From positions 69,139 through 133,138 of the forward strand of contig VMER01000001.1 in assembly GCA_007375645.1 (NCBI GenBank): DNA of 64,000 nt, in the 5' to 3' direction. Shown here piece by piece: positions 38,741 to 48,711 of the stretch. The notes below the pieces were generated by a model that was not told the DNA's origin, did no database searches, and worked only from the letters and a program-made list of their open reading frames with translations. Position 1 is the stretch's first letter. Each line of letters starts with the position of its first letter. The stretch comes from Parcubacteria group bacterium LiPW_15 (GTDB taxonomy: Bacteria; Patescibacteriota; Minisyncoccia; UBA6257; 2-01-FULL-56-20). The position numbers were made by a program, and so were the translations under genes.

Positions 38741-38953
38741 GTGACCAATCAGATCCTCGGACATTGCGAGCGATGCCACTGCGACAAGTTCTTCGTCAGG
38801 GCTCAGCAAGCAGACGGGAATCTCGAAGAAGAAACCACCTTGGAGTGCCCGACCTGCGAGGTGAGGTACTTTTCGGATGAGCTTCCTGCGCCGAAAAATA
38901 CTCGTCTCCCCAGAGAACCGACCAAGAAGTTAAAGGAGATGAGGTTTTGCTGA
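38741..38953 (+). CDS. Orphan Zn-ribbon-like protein (SD-led, GTG start)
   Basis: CERC...CPTC; AAAGGAG; terminator GGCCGCCC-GAAA-GGGCGGCC. Confidence 0.65.
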   Translation: MTNQILGHCERCHCDKFFVRAQQADGNLEEETTLECPTCEVRYFSDELPAPKNTRLPREPTKKLKEMRFC

Positions 38954-38991
38954 CCGCAACAAGGCCGCCCGAAAGGGCGGCCCAATCTATT

Positions 38992-39033
38992 TTAATTTCG
39001 TGCGGAGAGCGCGCCTTCTAGGGTTTCATCATC
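38992..39033 (-). pseudogene. Detached duplicate of the recR 3' end
   Basis: Translates DDETLEGALSARN* vs recR DDETLEGALEGRS*. Confidence 0.85.
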
Positions 39034-39106
39034 CCGCACCAAACGAGCATTGCGGCCGGGGCTAACCGCCGGGCCGTTCTAAAACAGATGCTCGTTTGGT
39101 GACGGG
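39033..39106. repeat. Small inverted-repeat element (CCCG-CACCAAACGAGCAT...ATGCTCGTTTGGTG-A-CGGG)
   Basis: 14-bp perfect inverted repeat plus outer CCCG/CGGG. Confidence 0.8.
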
Positions 39107-39134
39107 ACAGGTCCGCTTCACCTCAATATTTTAT

Positions 39135-39740
39135 CTAACTTCTTCCTTCTAATGCCCCCTCAAGAGTCTCATCATCTGCGAATTCTATCTCACCGCCCGT
39201 GGGGAGACCACGTCCGAGTCTGGTTATTTTTTTAGAAAAGCCATCCAACTCTTTTCGCAATATTCCCGCGTTCCAATCGCCAACACTTGTCGGGTTAAAG
39301 CCCAGAATTATTTCCTCCGCTTGTCCGCCAAATTCTTTTTGGATAAATGATTTTAAACTTTGGAGCCGAAGTTTTTGAATGTCATCCAATATTCCGGTTT
39401 TGGGTATCACGCCCAGAACCAGATATCGCCCGGAATATTTTTTTGTCTGTTCGATGGAAATCAGATCAGTTTCTTTTTCCACGATCATTATCATTTTTTG
39501 ATTTCTTTCCTTGTCGGCACATACGTCACAAAGGTCTCCGGGATTCTCGTGGATAAAGAAACACCGCGCGCAAACTTTTATATTCTTAAGCTTGTCCAAA
39601 TTATCTGCCAGGTTGGCAACGGATTGTTTTCCTTTGTCTACCAAATGAAAAGCTAATCGGGTGGCTTGCCTCGGTCCGATAGATGGCAGATCGGAAAGCT
39701 CGTCAATGAAGGCTTTTAACGATTGGGGAATTCTTATCAT
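39135..39740 (-). CDS. recR: Recombination mediator RecR
   Basis: LPSIGPR.A.RLA, C..C...C..C, IVE, TRLGRGLP.GGE.EFAD. Confidence 0.96.
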   Translation of the reverse strand: MIRIPQSLKAFIDELSDLPSIGPRQATRLAFHLVDKGKQSVANLADNLDKLKNIKVCARCFFIHENPGDLCDVCADKERNQKMIMIVEKETDLISIEQTKKYSGRYLVLGVIPKTGILDDIQKLRLQSLKSFIQKEFGGQAEEIILGFNPTSVGDWNAGILRKELDGFSKKITRLGRGLPTGGEIEFADDETLEGALEGRS

Positions 39741-39741
39741 A

Positions 39742-41112
39742 TTAGAATATGTCCGGCGGCAGTTCGCGATGAGTGTCTATGCTCTTGAAGGTCGCGAAGT
39801 CCTGGTCAAATCTGAGTTGAAGGCTGCCGATAGGACCGTTCCTGTGTTTGGCCACATGGATGGTCGCGATGCCTTGTTCTTCGGGAAGAACATCCTGGCC
39901 TCCGCGGTCTTTGCGGGATATAAACATAACTACGTCCGCATCTTGCTCGATAGAGCCGGAGTCTCTAAGATCGGAAAGTTTAGGGCCGCCTCCGTAATCA
40001 CGTTTATCTATGTCGCGGGAAAGCTGTGAGAGCGCTAAAACGGGCGTTTTTAGCTCCCTAGCCAAAGCTTTAAGTCCGCGGGAGATCTCAGTTATCTGCT
40101 GGACGGTATTATCCGAATTGGTACGGGGAGTAATAAGCTGGAGATAATCCACCACGATGAGGCCAAGCCCGTGTTCCACTTGAAGTCTTCTTGCCATGGA
40201 ACGCATCTGGAGGATATTCATAGAAGGAGTGTCTTCAATATAGATGTGAGCCTCGGAAAGGCGATCCAGAGAACTTTGGATCATTTGGAACTCCACATCG
40301 TCGCGAATTTTTCCGGTGCGAATTTCCCAAAGCGGAACCTGAGATTCAGCGGAGATTATGCGATCGATAACCTGTTCCCGGGACATTTCAAGCGAAAAGA
40401 AGCCAACCGGTATTTTTGCGACGAGTGCCGCGTGCCGCATGATGTCCAAAGCCATAGAAGTTTTACCGAGAGACGGTCTGGCTCCCAAAATTATAAGATC
40501 CGATTTCTGGAGGCCGGACAAAATATTATCCAGCTTCGGAAAGCCGGTCGGGACTCCGCGCATGCCCTCGCCTCCGGCGTGAAGTTTTTCGATGCGCTCG
40601 TAGGCGCCTTTTAGTTCATCCTTTATATGGACAAAGTTTTTGGTGAGCGAACTTTGAGAAATGTTCAATATTCTCTGTTCAATAGAATCCAAGAGGGATT
40701 CCACATCCTCTCCCGGATCAAAAGCGCTTTCCGTAATTTCCGCCGAAGTTTTAATAAGGTCGCGCAAAACTTTTTTCTCTTTAACGATCTGAGCGTAATG
40801 ATCTGCGTGCGCCGCAGTTGTGACCAGGTTGGTTAGTTCCGCGAGATAGCCTGAGCCGCCCACATCTTTTAATCTTCCCGACTCCTTAAGCGCATTTGCG
40901 ACTGTCGCGATGTCTATCGGCTGATGCTTAATATAGAGCTCAATGATAGCCTTAAATATTTCTTCGTGCGCGGGACTATAAAAATCATGTTCCTCCAATA
41001 CATCCGCAATTTTATGGATCGCGTTCTTGTCTATAAGAATACTCCCCAAAACAGTTTGTTCGGCTTCTATGTTTTGAGGAGGTATTTTGAGCGTCGGTTT
41101 TTTCGTTTGCAT
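39742..41112 (-). CDS. dnaB: Replicative DNA helicase
   Basis: PPQNIEAEQ, GARPSLGKT, SLEMS, DYLQL, LSQLSR, DLRDSGSIEQDAD, KHRNG. Confidence 0.98.
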   Translation of the reverse strand: MQTKKPTLKIPPQNIEAEQTVLGSILIDKNAIHKIADVLEEHDFYSPAHEEIFKAIIELYIKHQPIDIATVANALKESGRLKDVGGSGYLAELTNLVTTAAHADHYAQIVKEKKVLRDLIKTSAEITESAFDPGEDVESLLDSIEQRILNISQSSLTKNFVHIKDELKGAYERIEKLHAGGEGMRGVPTGFPKLDNILSGLQKSDLIILGARPSLGKTSMALDIMRHAALVAKIPVGFFSLEMSREQVIDRIISAESQVPLWEIRTGKIRDDVEFQMIQSSLDRLSEAHIYIEDTPSMNILQMRSMARRLQVEHGLGLIVVDYLQLITPRTNSDNTVQQITEISRGLKALARELKTPVLALSQLSRDIDKRDYGGGPKLSDLRDSGSIEQDADVVMFISRKDRGGQDVLPEEQGIATIHVAKHRNGPIGSLQLRFDQDFATFKSIDTHRELPPDIF

Positions 41113-41113
41113 A

Positions 41114-42481
41114 TCAGTCACGGACCCAGATGAAGGGTCCTTGGGGGGTATCTTCAATTGTGTATCCTAACGCATAAGCTTTATCCCTCAAAGCGTCGGA
41201 CTGGATAAACTGTTTAGAACTTCTGTATTTGTCCCGCTTGCGCGCCAAAAGCCTTATTTTAAAAGGGATCCGCGGGGAGGGAAGATCAATGCCAACGGAG
41301 CCGAAAGCGGCAACCAGAGCCGTTTTAAGGCTTTTCCCGGACTTCTTCGAAAGACCATAAATCTTTGGCGCTACTATATTCATGGTTTCAAAGACGGCAG
41401 CCAGGGCATTTGGAGTATTCAGGTCATCGTCCATGGCTTCTTCGAATTTTGCTTTAAATTCTTCGGCATAGTTTCCGCCATCCTCGCCGCGGGCGAGTTC
41501 CAGCTTCCTTACGAAGGCGCCGATGTCGGAGAGGTTCTTTTTGGCGATGGCGATAAGGTTTTCCGTGTAATCAAGAGGGGAGCGATAGTGATGCATAAAA
41601 ACCATCATTCTAAAAAGTTCCGGCGGATTATCTTTTAAAAACGCATGTATGGTCACGAAATTTCCGAGGCTCTTGCTCATCTTTTGACCGTCCACGGTCA
41701 AAAAACCTGCATGTATCCAATGTTTAACAAAAGGTTTTAATCCGGAAGCGGATTCCTGCTGGGCTATTTCCGCTTCGTGGTGCGGGAATTTTAAATCTAG
41801 AGCGCCTCCATGAATGTCGTATTGAGGTCCGAAGAAATGTTCGGTGATAGCGGTATCTTCAATGTGCCAGCCGGGGCGGCCGAAGCCGAGTTCCGTGTTC
41901 CAACCGGGTTCGTCGGTAGAGGAAAGCTTCCAAAGGGAAAAATCTCCGCGATTTCTTTTTTTGTCGCTTGTGTCTATGCGGGTTACGGCGTCCTCCGCCT
42001 GTTCCACGGTGCGGCGGGAGAGCTTTCCGTATTCCGGAAAAGTCTTGAGATCGAAATAATATCCGTCGTCTTCGATTAGATACGCGTTTCCCTTCGCTAT
42101 CAAAGTTTTGACCTGACTTACGATCTCCGCGATATAATCGGTAGCTTTCGCGTACATGTCTACAGAATCTACTCCAAGCGAGCGCATATTTTCGAGATAC
42201 GCTTTTTCAAACTTTCTGGAAATCAGATTCCAGCCGACACTATCTTCTTTGGCTCTTAAAATTATTTTGTCGTCTATGTCGGTGATATTTTGGAGATACG
42301 TAAGCTTGTAGCCTTGGCTTCGGAGATATCTCGCGAAGATATCAAAAAAAAGAAAGGTTCGGGCGTTGCCGATGTGCGGATAATCGTAAACAGTCGGTCC
42401 GCAGACAAAAAGTTTGAGCGGGCGATTGTCCGATTTCTCCAGCGTTTCCTTCGCGCCGCTTAAGGTGTTGAAAAGCTTCAT
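41114..42481 (-). CDS. cysS: Cysteine-tRNA ligase
   Basis: CGPTVY..HIGN, GRPGWHIE, FPHHE.E.AQ, KMSKS. Confidence 0.97.
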   Translation of the reverse strand: MKLFNTLSGAKETLEKSDNRPLKLFVCGPTVYDYPHIGNARTFLFFDIFARYLRSQGYKLTYLQNITDIDDKIILRAKEDSVGWNLISRKFEKAYLENMRSLGVDSVDMYAKATDYIAEIVSQVKTLIAKGNAYLIEDDGYYFDLKTFPEYGKLSRRTVEQAEDAVTRIDTSDKKRNRGDFSLWKLSSTDEPGWNTELGFGRPGWHIEDTAITEHFFGPQYDIHGGALDLKFPHHEAEIAQQESASGLKPFVKHWIHAGFLTVDGQKMSKSLGNFVTIHAFLKDNPPELFRMMVFMHHYRSPLDYTENLIAIAKKNLSDIGAFVRKLELARGEDGGNYAEEFKAKFEEAMDDDLNTPNALAAVFETMNIVAPKIYGLSKKSGKSLKTALVAAFGSVGIDLPSPRIPFKIRLLARKRDKYRSSKQFIQSDALRDKAYALGYTIEDTPQGPFIWVRD

Positions 42482-43366
42482 TTATAGTAGCCTCCGATTC
42501 TTGAAATAGTTATACAGCACTATCATTCCGACGACAACCAGGCCGACCACTATTTCAAAGCCGTTTTTCATTTCCCGGAACGGATTGTCTATCACATTCA
42601 TATCTACCAGAGCCACAAACAGCACGAAGGGGAAGGTCATGAACGACATTATCGTGAAAGTTTTCATTGCGTCGTTGATGCGCAAATTCAAAAGCTGATT
42701 ATTGGTATCTTCGTAATCCGTGACCGCGCTGCGATAGTCTTCTATGAGATCCAATATCTTTATATGGTCGCCCAAGAGTGCGTCCATATACGGCCGGTTG
42801 GACTCTTCGTCTCCGAAGAACTTGGCGTTGGATATCAGCGAGCGAATGATCGGGCTTTGATGGCGGGAGATTATTCGATATTCGGAGATGTCGCGCTTAA
42901 GCCGTGAAACGGTCTGAAGAACGGTCCTTTCTTTATTTTTGAAAAGCATGGGCCCTACCGCTTCAACTTTTTCCCGAATATGGCGGAGCTGTCTGTCCTG
43001 ATAGTTTAAAAGCGAAGAGAGTATGCGGTAGGTGAGGTCAAAGGAGCTCGAGAAGGCGGGGAAGTCTTCTTTTACGGATTTAAGAGGTTCCACGTCCTCA
43101 TAGTGGACGGTTACAACCGTATCTTTGGTGATTATGAAGTCTATCTCGCTTCGCGTAGAAGTCTGTTCTTTGGGGTCAAAGACGGGGAAGTAGTAAATAA
43201 GATAAAGATAATTCCCATATACCTCAACTTTTGACCTTGCCGAGGGGTTTTCGAGTTCCTTTACGATAACCTCATGCAGCCGGAATTTTCTTCGAAGGTC
43301 GTCAAGATTTTTCTTAGTCGGTCTTATGAGATCTATCCAGGTAATTTCTCCGAAAGTGCGTTCCAT
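42482..43366 (-). CDS. corA: CorA-family divalent cation transporter
   Basis: N..MK.FT, two C-terminal TMs, DMN at the GMN position. Confidence 0.85.
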   Translation of the reverse strand: MERTFGEITWIDLIRPTKKNLDDLRRKFRLHEVIVKELENPSARSKVEVYGNYLYLIYYFPVFDPKEQTSTRSEIDFIITKDTVVTVHYEDVEPLKSVKEDFPAFSSSFDLTYRILSSLLNYQDRQLRHIREKVEAVGPMLFKNKERTVLQTVSRLKRDISEYRIISRHQSPIIRSLISNAKFFGDEESNRPYMDALLGDHIKILDLIEDYRSAVTDYEDTNNQLLNLRINDAMKTFTIMSFMTFPFVLFVALVDMNVIDNPFREMKNGFEIVVGLVVVGMIVLYNYFKNRRLL

Positions 43367-43464
43367 TGATATTGATTATAACATTTTAAACACTTCGATA
43401 CTTTTAAAATTCCAAAAATTATAAAAATAGCCCTCGTCTTTTGGGGACGAGGGCAGGGTGCCGG

Positions 43465-43647
43465 TTACTTCGACGCGGGTTCGGCAGTCTCGGTCGCGGT
43501 TGCCGGAGCCTTCGGATCCGAAGCGTTCTTCGCGGGATTGAGCGCGAGCCACGCGGCGAAGCCGAGGACCAGGATTCCGGCCAAAAGACCAAGGACGAGG
43601 TGGGACGAGGCCTTCTTTTTTTCGGTGACGGACTCGAACACAGGCAT
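43465..43647 (-). CDS. Orphan single-TM peptide (SD-led)
   Basis: AAGGAAAAAGGAG before ATG; terminator at about 43423-43453. Confidence 0.6.
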   Translation of the reverse strand: MPVFESVTEKKKASSHLVLGLLAGILVLGFAAWLALNPAKNASDPKAPATATETAEPASK

Positions 43648-43716
43648 CTCCTTTTTCCTTCGTTGCGTTTCGTTGCAAAGGGTTAAGGTCGGAGAAGTAG
43701 CGGGGTGGAAATCGTA

Positions 43717-44220
43717 CTACTGCACGTACCAACCACCGTCTGGAGGCGAAGTATCGTTACTCACCGCTTCGTTGGCGAGCCCATACGACTTGAAGACGAT
43801 GGTGACTTTCTCGCCTTCGCGCCGCGGACCGGAAGTCGAGGTTATCGCGCCGACGACATCGGGAAGTCCGAGTATCGGCGGGTCCAGGCGGACCGTAACC
43901 AAGAGAACTCCGGCCCCCATGAGCGTAGCGGCGGAGTGGGTCGAGACAATCACGCCCGTTTGCGGGCCGAGGGACCGAACTTCGAGTCGCGGAACCTCGA
44001 AAACCTTGACCGCCAAGTTCTCATTCCGCCGCGTGTCGCGCGTCTTCCGATCTTCCCTCTGCGCGATGAGCGATGCGGCGAAGATGAAAAACGCAGAAAG
44101 GATCACCATGAACGGGACAATCTTCTTCGTCGGACGACAGAAGAGGACGCGGACGATGGCAACGCACAGCGAGGTGACGCCAAGGAAGGTAAAGATCAGC
44201 GAAATGTTCGAAGGCGACAT
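43717..44220 (-). CDS. Orphan two-TM protein (SD-led)
   Basis: AGAAGGA before ATG; TTGACT-16-CATAAT upstream. Confidence 0.65.
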   Translation of the reverse strand: MSPSNISLIFTFLGVTSLCVAIVRVLFCRPTKKIVPFMVILSAFFIFAASLIAQREDRKTRDTRRNENLAVKVFEVPRLEVRSLGPQTGVIVSTHSAATLMGAGVLLVTVRLDPPILGLPDVVGAITSTSGPRREGEKVTIVFKSYGLANEAVSNDTSPPDGGWYVQ

Positions 44221-44398
44221 TTTATCCTTCTTTCTCGCGCAAGACGCGCGCAGATGTTTTCAAGGTTCGTTTAGGAACGCCCACATTATGTCGAATATCT
44301 AAAAAAAGTCAATTAGATTTTCCCGCCGCGTAGAAATCTAGCATCTGAGGGGATTGCCGGAGGTTCCGCGGGTGAGGCGTTTGTATTTTCCCTGTGGA

Positions 44399-44530
44399 GT
44401 TTTCCCGTATGGCGGGAGTCCTCGGAGTCCGATGAGCCAGGTCTTCGCAGGAATGCGAAGTCATCGGACGAGAGACAGCGAGCAGTTTTCGCCGGGGAAA
44501 CCGAATCGCGGTCCCGCCATACGGGAAAAC
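44399..44530. repeat. 132-bp structured element with perfect 19-bp terminal inverted repeats
   Basis: GTTTTCCCGTATGGCGGGA (44399-44417) / TCCCGCCATACGGGAAAAC (44512-44530); inner GTCCGATGA/TCATCGGAC stem. Confidence 0.8.
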
Positions 44531-44537
44531 GTAGCCA

Positions 44538-44564
44538 TTGGCAGTCTTGACACGAGATTGCCAA
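44538..44564 (+). promoter_or_regulatory. CIRCE-like operator overlapping the hrcA promoter
   Basis: TTGGCAGTC-N9-GATTGCCAA; TTGACA inside the spacer; TAGAAT at 44569-44574. Confidence 0.85.
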
Positions 44565-44582
44565 TGACTAGAATAGGTATAT

Positions 44583-45299
44583 ATGAGAGACCGGAGCGCA
44601 GAAATACTTTTGGCCGCAATAAAGGAGCACATTCATTCCGGAGAACCCATAAGCTCCGGAGATCTTTACGGCCGTTATGATTTTGGCATCAAGCCGGCGA
44701 TGATCCGCATGGAACTTTTGGATCTCACAGATCAGGGTTTTTTGGAGCAGCCCTATCATTCCGCAGGCCGGGTTCCAACCGACCGGGGTTATAAATTCTT
44801 TGCGCAGGAAATGTTAAATGAGGCTCCTGCCGACCCGCACTCCGAAATCTGGGAGACAATGCTTGCGAAGCATAATTGGAATGATTTTTTGGAGAATTTT
44901 TCAAAGACCATGGGTATGGCGGGAGTTTTGGTAGACGAAACTTTGCGCAATATCCATCGCGGAGGATTGAGATATCTCTTTGAGAATCTTGATCCAGCCG
45001 AGGACCAGGGAGAACTCGCGCAAGTCGTCGAAGATTTTGAGGATATCGGTTCGCATCTGCCGAAAGCCATTGATATGTTCGGAGAGGATTTCTGCGAGGT
45101 TCTTGTCGGGAGAAATCCGCTGACCTACAGCGACCGCCTTTCTGTGATGGCGGCGGACTACGATGTGGGCGGTCGAAAAGTATTTTTCTTCGCCATCGGT
45201 CCCAAACGAATGGATTACGAAAAAACCGCTAAAGCTTTGAAAGGTCTCAAAGAGAAAAGCACAAAGAAAAAAGCAATTAAAAAACATGGATCAAAATAA
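44583..45299 (+). CDS. hrcA: Heat-inducible transcription repressor HrcA (short)
   Basis: GEPISS, PAMIR.E...L...G.LEQPYHSAGRVPTDRGY, IGPKRMDY; first gene of the grpE-dnaK operon. Confidence 0.92.
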   Translation: MRDRSAEILLAAIKEHIHSGEPISSGDLYGRYDFGIKPAMIRMELLDLTDQGFLEQPYHSAGRVPTDRGYKFFAQEMLNEAPADPHSEIWETMLAKHNWNDFLENFSKTMGMAGVLVDETLRNIHRGGLRYLFENLDPAEDQGELAQVVEDFEDIGSHLPKAIDMFGEDFCEVLVGRNPLTYSDRLSVMAADYDVGGRKVFFFAIGPKRMDYEKTAKALKGLKEKSTKKKAIKKHGSK

Positions 45300-45834
45300 G
45301 CCTAAGGTGGACCCGAAAGATGAGCTCGAAGCCCCATCCGGGGAGATGCTCCTCGAAGAAGTAGACGAAGCAACGGATTTGAAAAAGAAGTTGGAAGACG
45401 TGGAGGCGAGGGCGGCGGAATACCTTGCCGGCTGGCAAAGAGCGAAAGCGGATTTCTCGAACTATAAGAAAGATGAGAGCCGGCGTTTCGAGGAACTCGC
45501 CAAGTACGGTTTCGCGGATCTCATGAGGGAATTCGTAAGCGTTCTGGATAGTTTTGACCTCGCAATAACAGCCCTTGAGAAGAATGGTCCGGTGGAGAAG
45601 GGAGTTTATATGATCCGGTCGCAGATAGAGGACCTTTTGGAAAAACGAGGACTTCAAAAACTCGAAGTGGAAGTCGGTTCGGATTTTGATCCCAGGGTCG
45701 CGGAAGCGGTAGCCGAAACGGAATCGGAAAAAATGCCCGGGAAGATCGTGGAAATAATCGAACCCGGATACAAACTGTTCGAAAAAATAATCAGACCAGC
45801 GCGAGTCATCGTTGGTAAAATAATCAATAAATAA
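45286..45834 (+). CDS. grpE: Nucleotide exchange factor GrpE
   Basis: QRAKADF.NYKK, FDP..AEAV, GYKL..K.IRPARV. Confidence 0.96.
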   Translation: MDQNKPKVDPKDELEAPSGEMLLEEVDEATDLKKKLEDVEARAAEYLAGWQRAKADFSNYKKDESRRFEELAKYGFADLMREFVSVLDSFDLAITALEKNGPVEKGVYMIRSQIEDLLEKRGLQKLEVEVGSDFDPRVAEAVAETESEKMPGKIVEIIEPGYKLFEKIIRPARVIVGKIINK

Positions 45835-45836
45835 AT

Positions 45837-47723
45837 ATGGCAAAAATAATCGGTATTGATCTGGGGACTACAAATTCTGCGGTCGCGGTGACCGAGGGAG
45901 GCGAACCGAAGGTATTGGAATCGAGCGAGGGCGTGAGGACCACCCCGTCTATTTCGGCGATGAGCAAGAGCAACGAAAGGCTCGTTGGAATTCTCGCTAA
46001 GCGCCAGGCGATAACCAACCCCAAGAACACTATTTTTTCGGTTAAGCGCCTTATCGGAAGGAAATTCGACGATCCGGAAGTCCAGCGCGATAAAGCCTGG
46101 TTATCCTATGATCTTCGAGCCTCCGCTTCAGGTGGCGTGGAAGTGAAAATGGGAGAGACCTGGTATTCTCCGGAAGAAATTTCCGCCTTCATTTTGGGCA
46201 AGCTTAAAGCTGACGCTGAAGCAAAGCTCGGAGAAAAAATTGAGGAAGCGGTCATAACTGTGCCGGCCTACTTCGACGACTCTCAAAGGCAGGCGACCAA
46301 GAACGCCGGAGAGATTGCGGGACTTAAAGTGAGGAGAATAATTAACGAACCGACCGCGGCCGCACTGGCTTACGGATTGAACAAACAGAAGAGCGAAAAA
46401 ATAGTTGTCTACGATTTTGGCGGAGGAACCTTCGACATTTCCGTTTTGGAAGTCGGGGATGACACCGTGGAAGTAAAATCCACCGGAGGCGACACGCACT
46501 TGGGCGGAGATGATTTTGACAAGCTCATTCAGGAATATCTGGTCGCCGAATACAAGAAACAGGAGGGGATAGATATCTCGAAAGACGCTCTGGCGCTGCA
46601 GCGTTTGAAGGAGGCGGCGGAACGTGCCAAGCATGAACTCTCGACCGCAACGGAAACCGAGATAAACCTTCCGTATATTTCTTCCGACGCGAACGGTCCA
46701 AAGCACTTCCTGATAAAGATGACCCGGGCGAAGCTCGAATCTTTGGTTAAAGATCTTATCGACCATTCCGTTCTGCTCACCAGAGAAACGGTCACTTCGG
46801 CTGCGCCCAAAGGCGCCGGCTTTAAACTTGAAGAAATAAATGAAGTTATTTTGGTCGGAGGTCAGACTCGCATGCCGGCTATCCAAGAAGCGGTCAAAAA
46901 GCTTTTCGGCAAAGATCCTCATCAGGGAATCAATCCGGATGAAGTTGTGGCCATCGGTGCCGCGGTGCAGGCCGGAATTTTACAGGGCGACGTCAAAGAT
47001 ATTTTGCTCTTGGATGTTACCCCCCTGAGCCTTTCTATCGAGACCATGGGAGGTGTCGCAACGGCAATGATCCAAAAGAATACCACCGTGCCGACTTCCA
47101 AATCGCAGATATTCTCGACTGCTGCGGACAATCAGACTTCCGTGGAGGTTCATGTAACCCAAGGAGAACGGCCGATGGCGGCGGATAACAAAACCCTCGC
47201 GCGTTTCATTTTGGACGGCATTCCGCCGTCACCGCGCGGAGTTCCGCAGATCGAAGTAAGTTTTGATATTGATGCGAACGGCATCCTGCACGTGAAAGCC
47301 GTGGATAAGGCGAGCGGTAAGAGCCAGTCGGTAAAAATCGAGGCTTCCACAAATCTCTCGAAAGATGAAATTGAGAAATTCAAACAGGACGCCGCGAAGT
47401 TTGCCGCCGAAGACACGAAGAAGAAGGAGCTTATTGAAGTCAGGAATCAAGCGGAATCTATTTCATATCTTACGGAGAAGTCCTTGAAGGACGCCGGAGA
47501 TAAAATAAGCGAGGATGTTAAAGCGTCGATAACCGAGAAGCTCGAGAACTTGAAAAAGCTTAAAGACAGCGAAGATGTTGAAGCGATCAAATCCGCTTCC
47601 GACGCGCTTTCCTCGGAAATTCAAAAAATAGGCCAATCCGGCTATAATAATAAAGATGGAGGAAACGGAGAAAATCAGCCCGGCCCAGATGCGGGGCAAG
47701 GACCTTCTGAGCCAGCTTCCTAA
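45837..47723 (+). CDS. dnaK: Chaperone DnaK
   Basis: [37 protein letters not shown]. Confidence 0.99.
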   Translation: MAKIIGIDLGTTNSAVAVTEGGEPKVLESSEGVRTTPSISAMSKSNERLVGILAKRQAITNPKNTIFSVKRLIGRKFDDPEVQRDKAWLSYDLRASASGGVEVKMGETWYSPEEISAFILGKLKADAEAKLGEKIEEAVITVPAYFDDSQRQATKNAGEIAGLKVRRIINEPTAAALAYGLNKQKSEKIVVYDFGGGTFDISVLEVGDDTVEVKSTGGDTHLGGDDFDKLIQEYLVAEYKKQEGIDISKDALALQRLKEAAERAKHELSTATETEINLPYISSDANGPKHFLIKMTRAKLESLVKDLIDHSVLLTRETVTSAAPKGAGFKLEEINEVILVGGQTRMPAIQEAVKKLFGKDPHQGINPDEVVAIGAAVQAGILQGDVKDILLLDVTPLSLSIETMGGVATAMIQKNTTVPTSKSQIFSTAADNQTSVEVHVTQGERPMAADNKTLARFILDGIPPSPRGVPQIEVSFDIDANGILHVKAVDKASGKSQSVKIEASTNLSKDEIEKFKQDAAKFAAEDTKKKELIEVRNQAESISYLTEKSLKDAGDKISEDVKASITEKLENLKKLKDSEDVEAIKSASDALSSEIQKIGQSGYNNKDGGNGENQPGPDAGQGPSEPAS

Positions 47724-48678
47724 GGCTCCTTTAATAACCGCGCCGAAGAATCTTGTTAAGTCCATTATCTTGGATGCGGTGATTGTGATCCTCGCGGTAG
47801 TTTCCGGAATTTTTTTCGCTTCGTATTTGGCCGGCCTAAAGACCCTTGTCTGGCCGCTTGTTTCCGTCGGCGTGTTTATGGCCTTTTCGGTTCTGGGCAC
47901 TTTGCTTACCAATGATCTCTGGCATCGATTGTTGGTAATTGTCCTCGCGTCGTTGGGCTTTCTTGTGTCCTTCCTGGGAGCTCCTTTGAATCTCTTGGGC
48001 GCCTCCCTCGCGGTCATGATAATTCTCTTAGTCTGGGGAGAATATTTGAGCCGAGAGGATGCGGCAAATAGCGTGGAGATAAGATTCTTTCGCGTGACCA
48101 AACGGCCCTTAAGTAAAATGCTGACCGCGATCGCGATCGTCGCAATAATCCTTTACGTTCCGACCTGGAACAAGAAAACTATATTTATCTCCCAGTCCAC
48201 GTTTGATTCCATTTACAGTTGGTCCTCAAAGTTCGCGCAAGGATTATATCCGGAATATAAGTTGGATTCGGATCTTGGAACATTCGCGAGAAGCGTGGCC
48301 AAGAGCCAGCTCGAGCGCAACATGAATTTTTCGCTTTTGCCGACCGCCATAAAAGAAAAGACCCTTAACGACCTCGGAGGCCAGATAGTCGGAAATTTAA
48401 GTAAGTTTTTCGGATTTACTTTGGACGCGAAAAACACTTTCGGAGATGCGATCTACGCGTTCATCAATAAGTCCCTCGCGGATCTTAAGGGCAAATTCGG
48501 GGCAACGTTCATAACCGTTTGGGCTATCGCCGTGTTCTTGTTCGTGCGGGGTGTCGCCACGCTTTTCGGATATCTGGTTTCTTTCCTATCGTTCCTCATC
48601 TATCACGCGCTGATCGCATTTCAGGTGATCCGTGTTAGAACGGAGAACAAGCCGCATGAGATAGTGGAATTCTTTTAA
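47656..48678 (+). CDS. Hypothetical membrane protein between dnaK and dnaJ
   Basis: Multiple TMs; start uncertain (overlaps the dnaK end). Confidence 0.7.
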   Translation: MEETEKISPAQMRGKDLLSQLPKAPLITAPKNLVKSIILDAVIVILAVVSGIFFASYLAGLKTLVWPLVSVGVFMAFSVLGTLLTNDLWHRLLVIVLASLGFLVSFLGAPLNLLGASLAVMIILLVWGEYLSREDAANSVEIRFFRVTKRPLSKMLTAIAIVAIILYVPTWNKKTIFISQSTFDSIYSWSSKFAQGLYPEYKLDSDLGTFARSVAKSQLERNMNFSLLPTAIKEKTLNDLGGQIVGNLSKFFGFTLDAKNTFGDAIYAFINKSLADLKGKFGATFITVWAIAVFLFVRGVATLFGYLVSFLSFLIYHALIAFQVIRVRTENKPHEIVEFF

Positions 48679-48711
48679 TCGCAAAACGCGCTATATGTAT
48701 CGGGGAACATA

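Noticed and set aside
44420-44515. Hammerhead ribozyme or SRP RNA in the hrcA upstream element
   Set aside because: The core reads CCGATGA rather than CTGATGA, is 13 nt from the would-be stem I and is sequestered in its own stem. The SRP CAGG-N-GGAA-N-AGCAG motif is not properly matched.
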